A DNA stretch of 64,000 nt, taken from a virus. The DNA lies in the IMG/VR virus record IMGVR_UViG_2932987669_000001, positions 20,545 to 84,544 of that record; one strand, 5' to 3'. The position numbers and the translations under genes are program-made. Shown here piece by piece: positions 1 through 9,525 of the stretch. Numbering within the stretch: the first letter of the stretch is position 1; each line of letters opens with the position of its first letter. A model generated the notes under the pieces. It saw only the letters and a list, made by a program, of their open reading frames with translations. It had not been told where the DNA came from and searched no databases.

Positions 1-6
1 CGAGCC

Positions 7-909
7 TTATAGGTTTTCGATGGCCTCGGCTAAGTCGTCATCCACCACGTGCGCGTAAATCGCGGTCGACGTGATGTTCGTGTGGCCCAACGCCCTCTGA
101 ACCAACTTGAGGTTGCCTCCTTGCTGGAGCAGGTGGGTCGCGAAGGTGTGCCGCAACTTGTGCGGGCTGATCCGCTTGGTGATGCCCGCCGCCTTGACCC
201 AGTGCTTGACGCGGGTCTCCACTTGCCGGTGGGAAATCCGTTTCAGGCGGTTCGAGAGAAACAGAGCAGGCTCGCCGTCCACCTTCGGGCGGTACCGCGA
301 AAGGTACGTTTTGAGCAGTGTGCGCAAACTCGACTTGATGAACTTGACGTGTTCCTTGCCGCCCTTGGCCCGGATGCGGAATTTCTTGTCGTCCAAATCG
401 ACGTCGTCCACATTCAGGCCGATCAACTCGCTGACTCGCATGCCGGTGCGCAGCAAGATCTCGATCATGACGCGATCCCGAATCGAGATCTTGGTCGCCC
501 TGCTCCGCAGGGTTTTCAGCAGGCGCTTTTTCTCCTGCAAGTTCAGGAACACCGGCAGCTTCCGTTCCGGGTGCCGGACGCGGATCGTCTTGGCCGGGTT
601 GTCGTCTCGGACTTTGGCGGCCATGGCCCAGGAGAAAAAGGCCAGGGCCGAGGATTTGATCCGCTTGATGGTCGCGGGAGCCCTTGGCTGGCCGTCCAAT
701 CGGTTTTGGATCTTGGGTGACGCCAACGCGGCCACCAGGTCCTCGCGTGTGACGGTTTCCAGTGTGGTGTCGGGTTCGGTGATCTGGATCGCTTCCGTGA
801 GCAGCGCCAGGTCATCGGTGTACGCGGTGATCGTTTTGGCGGCCCGCCCGTCGGTCTTCAACCAGTTGGTGAAGGCTTCGAGCGTGCCGTCCAGGTTTCG
901 CTTCGCCAC
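7..909 (-). CDS. Tyrosine recombinase, XerC/XerD-like integrase
   Basis: Catalytic residues in order: RTGMRVSEL (R), AKGGK (K), HKLRH (HxxR), LGH, AIYAH (Y); N-terminal SAM-like core-binding domain. Confidence 0.93.
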   Translation of the reverse strand: MAKRNLDGTLEAFTNWLKTDGRAAKTITAYTDDLALLTEAIQITEPDTTLETVTREDLVAALASPKIQNRLDGQPRAPATIKRIKSSALAFFSWAMAAKVRDDNPAKTIRVRHPERKLPVFLNLQEKKRLLKTLRSRATKISIRDRVMIEILLRTGMRVSELIGLNVDDVDLDDKKFRIRAKGGKEHVKFIKSSLRTLLKTYLSRYRPKVDGEPALFLSNRLKRISHRQVETRVKHWVKAAGITKRISPHKLRHTFATHLLQQGGNLKLVQRALGHTNITSTAIYAHVVDDDLAEAIENL

Positions 910-910
910 C

Positions 911-1651
911 TTACTTGGTCGGCTTGGCGGTTTTGGTTTCGGTCGCCTGGGATTTTTTGGCCTGGGCCTTGACGGCTTTTTCGGGTTCGGTGGCCTTCTT
1001 GGCGGCCTCTTTGGCCTTGGTCTTTTCTTCCTTGGCCTGGGCCTTTGCGGCTTCGGCTTCTTTGCGGGCCAGCTCGGCCTTGGCCTTGCGCTCCTCGGCG
1101 GCCTTCTCCTTTTCAGCGGCCGACCGGCTCCCCATCGGCAGGTTTTTGGGGATCGGCGCCTTCTCGATGCGGCCAGTCGCTTCCAGCCATTCGAGGTACA
1201 TCTTAAAGAGCCGCAGGGTCTTTTTGATGGTCGGCTTGGCGCAGGGTTTGCCGTCTTGGGTCATGTCTTTGCGCAGGCAGTGGGGCGATTTGGCGAAGGC
1301 GGTCACGCGTTCCTCGGTAATCTCGGTGACCGGCGTGTCGCCGCCGTAAAAGGCGATGACGCGGGCGAAGTCGCGGTCGTAGGAGAGCAGCGTCGCTTCG
1401 CCGCATTGCCGCTCCTTGCGCAGGTAGTCGCGGCTGAAAGGGACCCAACACTTGAGCAGCGTGTTATCCGGCGTCGGGTTTCCTTTGGTCGGCTCGGCCG
1501 CTTTTTCCGGCTTGGGGCTGGCCGTTTGTTTTGCCTTGGTCTGTGCTGCCTTCACGGGCTTGGTTTTGGGGGGTTGGGTCTTGGCCTGGTTGGTGGCGGG
1601 ATTGGTTTTGGATTGAATGGTGGCGGCATTGGTCTTGGCTTGGGTCGTCAT
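911..1651 (-). CDS. Stand-alone integrase SAM-like (core-binding) domain with Lys/Ala-rich tails
   Basis: Central TLLSYDRDF...VTEITEERVTAF...PTIKKTLRLFKMYLEWL resembles integrase N-terminal domains; no catalytic domain; AGGAG RBS upstream; stop codon 1 nt from the recombinase start. Confidence 0.7.
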   Translation of the reverse strand: MTTQAKTNAATIQSKTNPATNQAKTQPPKTKPVKAAQTKAKQTASPKPEKAAEPTKGNPTPDNTLLKCWVPFSRDYLRKERQCGEATLLSYDRDFARVIAFYGGDTPVTEITEERVTAFAKSPHCLRKDMTQDGKPCAKPTIKKTLRLFKMYLEWLEATGRIEKAPIPKNLPMGSRSAAEKEKAAEERKAKAELARKEAEAAKAQAKEEKTKAKEAAKKATEPEKAVKAQAKKSQATETKTAKPTK

Positions 1652-1857
1652 GGGAAATCTCCTGTTGGTTAATTGGTTAACTTGTCTGTTTGCAATCGCT
1701 TATCGCGTTTGCCTGCACATGTAACCTCGGCTTGCCGAAAGAGCCAAGTCCAATCTGCAAGGAGAGCGAAGATTTTTTTGCGGGCTCGGGAGACGGGCTT
1801 GTTTGGTACTTAAACACATTGATTTGATTGACTTAAAGCGGGACGTATGGAGCGAAA

Positions 1858-3384
1858 ATGACCCAGCCGAAGAACCAAGATCGCATCATGGCGGAAACGC
1901 TCCGCAACCCGGCCAAGTGGGGCGAGGCTTACCTCCGAAATCGGGATGGTAGTCCACGAGAGTACTGGCCTCATCAAGTGGAGGACCTTGAGTGTGAGGC
2001 GCCAACCATCGTCCACCTGGACGGGCGGGCGGCAGGAAAAACGCTGTCGCTTTCAACCGACGCCCTTCATTTCGCGTTCACGCGCCGAGGCGGAAAGGGG
2101 CTTCTCGCCGCGCCGCATCAGGGCCAACTCGATACGCTGATTGAAGAAATCGAGTTCCAGCTCGAATCGAATCCCGAACTAATGGCCAGCATCGCGACCA
2201 CCAGGGCAGGCAAGCCCAAGATCGTCCGCAAGCCGTATTTCCGGCTTGAGTTTTCCAACGGGTCGATCTTGTACTTCCGGCCCGCTGGCGCACACGGTGA
2301 GAGCTTCCGCAGTCTTCACGTCCAGCGGATCTGGGTTGACGAGGCCGCCTGGCTGTCCGAGCGGGCCTGGAAAGCCCTGCGCCGGTGTCTCGTGTCCGGC
2401 GGTCAGCTTCGCGTATACAGCACACCCAACGGCCTGCGAAACACGACCTACTATCGGCTGACCATGTCGCCGAACGTCACGCTCTTCCGTTGGCCGAGCT
2501 GGCTCAACCCGAATTGGACCAAGGAGATGGAAGCGGAGCTTCTTGAGTTCTACGGCGGCCGGGACTCGTCCGGCTGGGCCCACGAAGTCGCGGGCGAACA
2601 TGGGCGGCCGACTTACGGCGCCTTCAACGCGGAGCACCTCAACCTTGCGTTTAAGGAATTACTTGAGTACCAGAAGATCATCATCACCGGGAACGAACTC
2701 AAGGACTGCGAAACCGAAGAAGAAGCGGCCAGCCGCCTGGAAATGTTTTTGAACCTGACGCCGAAGTCCGGCGTGTTCTGGCTCGGTGGCGACCTTGGCT
2801 ACACTAACGACCCGACCGAACTGGTCGTGTTCCGCGAAGACCCGGTCGGTAACCACCCGGTGCTCAAGTTGGTTCTCCGCGTCCACATGGAGCGGGTGGC
2901 CTACCCCAACATCGCCCAGACCATCGCGCTGCTGGACCACTATTTCGGATTCGTCGGCCTCGGCGTCGACTACGGCGGCAACGGGATGGCAACGGTTCAG
3001 GAGCTGCTGACCCTGGACAAATACAAGCCGCTCGACTTGGAAGGGCGCCTCGAAGGCTTTCACTTCGGCGGGATGACGACCCTCGCGGTCCAGGGCGGTC
3101 GGGAGATCCGTAAGCGGACGAAGGAGCTGATGACGTCGCTGATCAGTGGGGCCTTGCAGCGGCGGCAACTGATTTTCCCATCCGATGATAGCGACATCGA
3201 AGACGAATTCTCGACCCACACCTACTCGCTCCGCGACGGCAAGATCATCTACAGCAAAGGCAACGACCACATCGTCGACGCCGTGCGCTGCGCGATGCTG
3301 GCCAGGGAACGCGGCAACCTTGAGGAAGTTCACGAGGAAACCGTCTCGATCCGGCCGGTTTACACGGATCCGGTTTTTGTGTGA
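1858..3384 (+). CDS. terL: Terminase large subunit
   Basis: Walker A GRAAGKT, Walker B IWVDEAA, motif YSTPNG, C-terminal RNase H-like nuclease GGDLG...DHIVDA. Confidence 0.9.
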   Translation: MTQPKNQDRIMAETLRNPAKWGEAYLRNRDGSPREYWPHQVEDLECEAPTIVHLDGRAAGKTLSLSTDALHFAFTRRGGKGLLAAPHQGQLDTLIEEIEFQLESNPELMASIATTRAGKPKIVRKPYFRLEFSNGSILYFRPAGAHGESFRSLHVQRIWVDEAAWLSERAWKALRRCLVSGGQLRVYSTPNGLRNTTYYRLTMSPNVTLFRWPSWLNPNWTKEMEAELLEFYGGRDSSGWAHEVAGEHGRPTYGAFNAEHLNLAFKELLEYQKIIITGNELKDCETEEEAASRLEMFLNLTPKSGVFWLGGDLGYTNDPTELVVFREDPVGNHPVLKLVLRVHMERVAYPNIAQTIALLDHYFGFVGLGVDYGGNGMATVQELLTLDKYKPLDLEGRLEGFHFGGMTTLAVQGGREIRKRTKELMTSLISGALQRRQLIFPSDDSDIEDEFSTHTYSLRDGKIIYSKGNDHIVDAVRCAMLARERGNLEEVHEETVSIRPVYTDPVFV

Positions 3385-3525
3385 GAGCAAGATCGGGAAA
3401 TGGCATTCGTAATCACCCAGCGAAAAGTCTCAAACATCTGGTTTTAATACAAAAAATCGCTTCACTTCGTGCCGAAGTCGAGCCAACATGTCGCTGGCTC
3501 GGCAGAGCCTTTTCTAAATCCATGA

Positions 3526-3978
3526 TTGAGAAGGGAGGCCTCCGTGCCTCATGTTTCCCCACAGATTGAACCGACAACGTCCAGCCCCGCCTGTGAATTG
3601 CGCCGGGTCTCTGAAAGCTGGCAGCACCCCACGGACGCCGCAGGCAGTCTCCAACCGCTCTGGCCCCACTGGATGTTCGAAGAAGACGACTATGACCATT
3701 ACGTGAGGCTCGACTTGCGCGTCCTTTCCGGTCAGTACCTGACACTGGAGGAGGCGTCGAAGGCGTGCGCGCATGAGGCCCCGGAACCTGACCGGTACAT
3801 GCCAGCGTTCGAAGCGCCGACCCATGTCCAGGCATATGAAAACGAAACGGGCGGGACGCCGATCAGCCCGGTGTTCCGAACCGACGAAGAGCTTGTCGAC
3901 TACCTGGCTGAGCACGGCACGTTGAATGGTCAACCAGCTTCACCAGACGAGTGGCGCGCCGTTCTGGACCTGACTTAG
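3526..3978 (+). CDS. Hypothetical protein (acidic, 150 aa)
   Basis: GGGAGG RBS before GTG; plausible composition; no recognisable family. Confidence 0.55.
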   Translation: MRREASVPHVSPQIEPTTSSPACELRRVSESWQHPTDAAGSLQPLWPHWMFEEDDYDHYVRLDLRVLSGQYLTLEEASKACAHEAPEPDRYMPAFEAPTHVQAYENETGGTPISPVFRTDEELVDYLAEHGTLNGQPASPDEWRAVLDLT

Positions 3979-4230
3979 CCGACAAATCGAAACGGATGTT
4001 TCGTGTCCCTCCGGCGGAGGGCCGAAACGGGTCGGTTTGCGCGCGGGTTTTTGCCCGGATTTTGGGTGCTCGGCTCAGGCTGGAAGTCAAGTCAAAAAGG
4101 CCAAAGGAAAACGTCTAACTTTCTGAAAAATATACACTTAAGAGCTTGCGTTCTGATCGAATCAGAGCGAAACTACAGGGGTAGGGCGGGGCGGCTAACC
4201 CGCTCAAAAAGAAGAACTTAGGAGTTAATC

Positions 4231-4584
4231 ATGACAACACGAAGCATCATTTCCGCAAAGTTTGGCGATCAAATTGTCAGCACTTACCTTCACAACGGCG
4301 GCGAGGAGCAGGTCAACAACCTTCTGCTTGACTTTTACCAAACCGAAGACGAGGTCAAAGAGTTACTTGGCGAAGGCGACCTGAGCAGTTTGGCCGAAAC
4401 GCCGGAAGCTTGCGACGCTTACCACAAACGCGGTGAGGCTTGGGAAAACATCAAGCCCGTGATCACCAAACACCTCAACGGCCTCCGCCCAAAATTAGAC
4501 CGGGGTTTGGGAAGCCACTTTCACTTTGATGGGGCCGCCTGGACGTACAACGGGAGGCCGTTAAAGCGGACTTACGGCGGCTAA
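4231..4584 (+). CDS. Small phage hypothetical protein
   Basis: AGGAG RBS; N-terminus MTTRSII...YLHNGG resembles common small phage proteins; followed by a terminator. Confidence 0.7.
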   Translation: MTTRSIISAKFGDQIVSTYLHNGGEEQVNNLLLDFYQTEDEVKELLGEGDLSSLAETPEACDAYHKRGEAWENIKPVITKHLNGLRPKLDRGLGSHFHFDGAAWTYNGRPLKRTYGG

Positions 4585-4595
4585 AGCGGCCAACC

Positions 4596-4621
4596 GGCCC
4601 TCGGGAAACCGGGGGCCTTTT
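4596..4621 (+). terminator. Rho-independent terminator
   Basis: GGCCCTCGG-GAAA-CCGGGGGCC stem (one G.U) followed by TTTT, right after the 4584 stop. Confidence 0.75.
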
Positions 4622-4749
4622 CCGCCTCGCGACGCCGTTTAAAGGCAAACGGCCAAAGGATTGCGAAGGCGACGCCGGGAGACCTGCGGGCCAAAAGCGA
4701 GTCAACGCGCTTTGGTCATGACAGGGGCGGATCTCACTTCTCCCGGAGA

Positions 4750-4787
4750 GAAAAGGGGCTCCGGCCAGTTTGGCTGGGCCCCTTTTC
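4750..4787. terminator. Bidirectional terminator-like hairpin
   Basis: AAAAGGGGC...CCGGCCA-GTT-TGGCTGG...GCCCCTTTT with A-tract and T-tract flanks. Confidence 0.65.
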
Positions 4788-4937
4788 TGCTTGACAAACC
4801 GACCTCAGCACACAATCCATAACCACTTCTTTTTATTGAGTTTAATGCCAGAATCAACTTGATACCCCAAACCACCTGAGCGAACATGGGACCACCTTGA
4901 AGGGACACGCTCAAGGCGCACAAATTAAATAACTTAG

Positions 4938-5855
4938 GTGGTCAACATGGACATGCGGGAATTCAAGTTTGGGATCGAAATCGAATGCTTTGGCCGGATG
5001 CGCTCGGAAGTCGCCAAGCGCATCCAAACGGTGGTCGGCGGCACCGCCCGACCAATCGGCGGATGGTACGACGAAACCAGCTCCTGGGTGGTCGATGACC
5101 GCCAACGCCGCACCTGGAAGATTGTCAATGACAGCTCGATCAACGCGACCCACGGTCAGAAAATCGAAATTGTGAGTCCGATTTTGACCTACACGGATAT
5201 TCCCCAGCTTCAAGAGGTCGTTCGGGCGGTTCGCCGACTGGGCTGCAAGGTCAACGACACGACCGGGATTCACATCCACGTCGACAAAACCATTTTCACC
5301 GCCAAGACCCTGACCAACTTTGTGAAGATTTTCTACAAGCAGGAAGCCCTGCTTTTCGAGGCGCTCCAAGTCCAACCACAACGTGAGCTGAACTACTGCA
5401 AATCCACAACGGATTACCTGATCGACAGGCTCAACCAGGTCAAGCCGAAAACCCTTCAAGAACTAAGTGACATCTGGTACGAACAGTACCCCAACCAACG
5501 CAGGAACACTAAATACCACAGCAGCCGCTACAGAGCCCTAAACGTGCATGCCGCCCTCACCGGCCCTACAATCGAATGCCGGATTTTCAATAGCACGCTT
5601 CACGCGGGAAAAGTTAAGGCTTACGTCCAGCTCGTTTTGGCCATGGCCGCAAAGGCCGCGAATAGCCGATCGGCTCGAGCCGACCAACGGCCCTTTAACC
5701 CCGAAAGCGCGAAATTCGACTTCCGGTGCTTTTTGCTGAACTTGGGCCTGATTGGCGAAGAGTTCGCGACCGCGCGCCTCCACCTTTTGAAACACCTGCC
5801 TGGCGATGCGGCCTTCAAAAAGGGCCGGAAATCGCGACCGGCGAGGGCGGCCTAG
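4938..5855 (+). CDS. Putative amidoligase enzyme (COOH-NH2 ligase-type, phage-associated)
   Basis: FGIEIEC, DSS, EIVSPIL, GIHIHV, RYRALN, TIECRIFNSTL motifs typical of this family. Confidence 0.85.
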   Translation: MVNMDMREFKFGIEIECFGRMRSEVAKRIQTVVGGTARPIGGWYDETSSWVVDDRQRRTWKIVNDSSINATHGQKIEIVSPILTYTDIPQLQEVVRAVRRLGCKVNDTTGIHIHVDKTIFTAKTLTNFVKIFYKQEALLFEALQVQPQRELNYCKSTTDYLIDRLNQVKPKTLQELSDIWYEQYPNQRRNTKYHSSRYRALNVHAALTGPTIECRIFNSTLHAGKVKAYVQLVLAMAAKAANSRSARADQRPFNPESAKFDFRCFLLNLGLIGEEFATARLHLLKHLPGDAAFKKGRKSRPARAA

Positions 5856-5858
5856 ATC

Positions 5859-5905
5859 CTTTGTCACCCCTGATTGATCCATCAAGCCAATCAGGGACGA
5901 CAAAG
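5859..5905. terminator. Hairpin between convergent amidoligase and Roco genes
   Basis: CTTTGTC/GACAAAG outer and CCTGATTG/CAATCAGG inner inverted repeats. Confidence 0.55.
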
Positions 5906-5948
5906 AACCTAGATCGGCTTTGTTGGGTTCAGAGCTCGGATTTGAAGG

Positions 5949-8900
5949 TTATTTTTTGCGATTGAATACTTTCTCAACAAGTTTAAGCAAGTCCACTTGA
6001 AAAAGGCCGGGGATGCCGACCCTGGAGGACAGCAAGTCCTTAACCTTGTCCCACTCGTTGCCGCCATAGTCCTTGTGGTGTTTGAGTTCCAAAACGGTGT
6101 CGCGGATTTCGTCCACTGTTTGGACCAGGTCACCACCGTCGATACCTTCGAGGATCTTCCGCAACGGCACGAATTCCTCCGATCGATCACAAGGGAACGC
6201 ACCGTCCGGTTTTTTGAGGTAAAAGCTCAAGGCTTTGTGGTATTTGAAAAAGTGTGGCTGAGCCTCTTCATGGCAATCCCTACACGGGCAACCGATGCTT
6301 TCAGTCACTGCAAGATTGGGGAAATCGCCGTGGATTGCGGTCAGTTCCTCCCGCAGCACCGCCAGGAAATCGCGTTTTTGCCTGCCCTCGATCCAAATAT
6401 CGATACGGTGTCTGTTGCGATCGGCGCGAATAAGGGCGCGAGCGCCGCTAGTTGTGGCACGCAGCACCATGCCGTACCTCCAGCGCAAGGAGTCCTCGAT
6501 GGTGCGGTATGACCTCACCATCAGGCGGGGCAAGACGGTGGGTGGCAGAAACTCCGGGTACTGGCACCGGAATTTTGTTGCGCCGCGAAAATCGAAACGG
6601 AACTCGGGCTCGTCCTTGGGAAGTAAATTTGGAATTAGGATCTTGGTGTTATTGGAATCCAGTGGGAAGCACAATTCGAACCGACGCATCAACTCGATGA
6701 GGTATCCGTGTTTTTCGCGCGGGTAGGTGAACTGCGGGGCGCTGGAGGCTTTTTGGTCAGCGTGGACCGGTGTTTCGAGCAGGTTGGTTAGGGTCGACCG
6801 GTCGGTTGGTACAATGCCGTGTGCTTTAATCACCCTCGGGTGGTTGAGGATGCGATAAACCCCGTTGGTCACCCACTCGGGATTGAGCACGTGGGTGTCA
6901 TCCAAATGGAGATCCTCGAAGTGAATGGCGATGCCCAGGTCGTTGAAAAAGCGGACAAGGGCTTCCTGCTGGCCGGTATGGTCAACTTTGGCCTTGTGGC
7001 ATAGATGGGAGAATTCGTCGCGAGTGAGAAAAGGTTTTTCGGTTGTTTCCAGTTCCGCTTTGACTTCCAGCCAGGCTTCTGGCCACTGGGTGCGAATCAT
7101 GGGCACTGCCAGCAATTCCTTGCGGAGCGCCGCACAGAATTCGGCGATACCCTCCGCCCCTTGTTTGCAGGAAGTGCGAATGAAGCCGCGAATATTGGGG
7201 AACATTTCTCGGAGCCTCTTAGTTTCGAACTGGTAGTTTGGATGGAGGTCAGATTTATTGAGAACCACCAATACTGGCGCGTCGGGGGCATAGGTGCTTG
7301 CGTGGCCGAGCCAATAACTGGGGTCTTCGTCCTGGCGGCCATCGAGGACCACAACGAAGAGGCTGCGACGCGAAAGGAAGAACCTATGGGTGGCGTGCAT
7401 GATCTCCTGGCCGCCAAAATCCCACAACCGGACTTGAAGTTGGTGGTCGGGGGTGGGGACGAAATAATCGCGGATATTAATGCCGTGGGTTTGGTCTTCA
7501 TGGGGATCGAAGGGCTCACCCAGCAGTTGTTTGACCAGAGAGGTTTTTCCTGCCTGGCCATGGCCGAGAAGGACCAGTTTGACTTCTGCCAAGGCTCGGG
7601 TTGGTCCAGATTGGTCGAAATAGGCCGTCACCGCATCGTGCCCAGCTTCGAATAATTCAAGTGGCGGCGAAACCAACGGATTGCCTTCAATTCCTAACTT
7701 CCAAAGTGAAGGTATTTTAAAAAGGACTGAAGGTAAGGTATCGATGTGGTTTTCAGATAGCCACAAAGTGTGGAGTTTTCTGAGATTAGCGAGCTCGGGT
7801 ATTAGGGCCGTCAGTTGGTTGTTTCTAAGATTGAGGTCGGTGAGGTTGGTGAGGGAAGCAAGCGCCGGGGGAAAGGTCGTCAATTGATGAAGCTCAAGTT
7901 GAGATCGTCAAGGTTAGTGAGGGAAGAAAGTTCGGGAGGTATTGCCGTCAGTAGGTTGCTGCCCAGATCGAGGGAGGAAAGGTTGGTGAGGGAAGAAAGC
8001 TCGGGAGGAAGTGTGCTCAGTCGGTTACCACTCAGGTCGAGGTGAGAAAGGTTGGTGAGGGTGGTGAGTTCGGGTGGCAGGGCCGTCATTTGGTTGCCGC
8101 TCAAATCGAGGTGAGACAGGTTAGCAAGGGAAGCGAACTCGAATGGCAGGGCTGTTATTTGATTGTCCCCCAGAAAGAGGCGGGTAAGGTTGGTGAGAGA
8201 ACCAACCTCGGGTGGCAGGGTTGTCAGTTGGTTTCCGCCCAGGTTGAGGTCGGTAAGGTTGGTGAGGGAAGCGAGCTCTGGTGGTAGGGCTGTAAGTTGG
8301 TTGCCCCTCAGGCTGAGGCCGGAAAGGTTGGTGAGGGAAGTGAGTTCGGGTGACAAAGCTGTAAGTTGGTTGCCCCTCAAAAAGAGTTGGGAAAGATGGG
8401 TGAGGGAAGCGAACTTGGGTGGCAGGGCCGTCAGTTGGTTGTCGTTCAGATCAAGAAAGGTAAGGCTCGTGAGGGAAGCGAACTCGTATGGCAAGGTCGT
8501 CAGCTGGCTGCCGCTTAGATATAGGACGGAAAGCTTGGCGAGGGAAGCGAACTCGGGTGGCAGGGCCGTCAGTTGGATATTCCTAAGATCGAGGTGGGTA
8601 AGGTTGGTGAGGGAAGTGAGTACGGGTGGCAGGGCCGTCAGTTGGTTGCCGCTCAGATATAGGACGGAAAGGTTGGTGAGGGCAGTGAGCTCGGGTGGCA
8701 GGGTCGTCAGCCGGTTGTCCCTAAGATCGAGGTGAGAGAGGTTAGAGAGGGAAGCGAGCACGGGTGGTAGGGTCGCCAGTTGGTTGCGGCTCAGATAGAG
8801 GCGAGAAAGGTTGGTGAGGGAAGCGAGCTCTGGCGGCAGAGTCGACAGTTGGTTGTCGTCCAGATCGAGGCGGGTAAGGTTGGTGAGTGAAGCAAGCTCT

Positions 8901-8998
8901 GGGGGGATGCGCCACAGGTCCATATGAGATAAATCTAGCTCAGCTTGCCCAGTTCGGTTTGCCTCGGAAATTTTCTGCTGAGCTCTCTCATAACTCAT
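5949..8998 (-). pseudogene. LRR-Roc-COR (Roco) GTPase gene split by a 1-nt deletion near 7888 (ORFs 7880-8998 and 5949-7883); possibly a sequencing error
   Basis: ATG 8998 with AAGAGGAG RBS; 18 LRRs; Roc motifs GHGQAGKT, DFGGQ, NKSD; COR region. Junction reads agc ttc atc aat tga; adding one A gives S-F-N-Q-L-T-T-F-P-P, the LRR consensus, and a ~1016 aa protein. Confidence 0.85.
7677..8917 (-). repeat. Tandem 69-bp (23-aa) leucine-rich repeat array, 18 units
   Basis: Units LTxLPPELxSLTNLxxLxLxxNQ; also visible at DNA level (recurring aggttggtgagggaag and ggcagggccgtcagttgg on + strand). Confidence 0.9.
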
Positions 8999-9465
8999 AA
9001 CGACTCCTCTTTTACCACAGCTCTGCTCACCCCGCGTGCTCAGCTCACATCCCCAGATGCTTGCTGACGAGCAGGCGGGAAATCCAATGAGCCATTTTCT
9101 TATGGCGAAATTAGCCAACCGTAGGGGACACGCTTAATGAGGATGCCTCGCTGGTTGCGGCTCGTTCCTCACATTCTTTTGGAATCCTTTCACGTTCACC
9201 CGAGTCTCGCGGTGAGTCTCTTGGTTGGCTACCGGTTTGGTTTTTCCGTGAGTGTTTTGGGTTTGAGCCAAGGCTGACTGCAAGTCTGGGTACGACCAAA
9301 CCTCCTTAAGCCACGGCTCTCCGATCACATAAGCTCAATACAGGTGCTGGTGTTTTGAATTTGGGGTGAGTTGATTCCTTAATTAGAGATAGAAAAACCA
9401 AATAGCGCAAAATCCCTCAACCTGACAATGTCGAACCAGGTCATTGCACGCCATCCCTAATTTGG

Positions 9466-9507
9466 ATGACTCGCCCTCCCATTGGTTTCTGTAATTAGTC
9501 CCTAACC
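9466..9507 (+). promoter_or_regulatory. Bipartite late-promoter-like motif, copy 1 (before portal)
   Basis: GACTCG-N15-CTGTAATTAGTCCCTAACC; same spacing as the other four copies. Confidence 0.65.
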
Positions 9508-9525
9508 AGACATCAGGAGGAATTT

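Noticed and set aside
107-1672. 521-aa + strand ORF
   Set aside because: Antisense shadow of the recombinase and Lys/Ala-rich genes; the Gly/Leu/Phe bias mirrors their codons.
4171-4201. Minus-strand CTGTAGTT resembling a sixth late motif
   Set aside because: Lacks the AGTCC continuation, CCG is at 13 rather than 15 nt, and no credible gene lies downstream.
4791-4822. TTGACA upstream of the amidoligase as a sigma70 promoter
   Set aside because: No acceptable -10 hexamer at 16-18 nt spacing.
7677-8917. Regular DNA repeats as a possible CRISPR array
   Set aside because: 69-bp in-frame coding periodicity with no unique spacers; these are LRR codons. No cas genes present.
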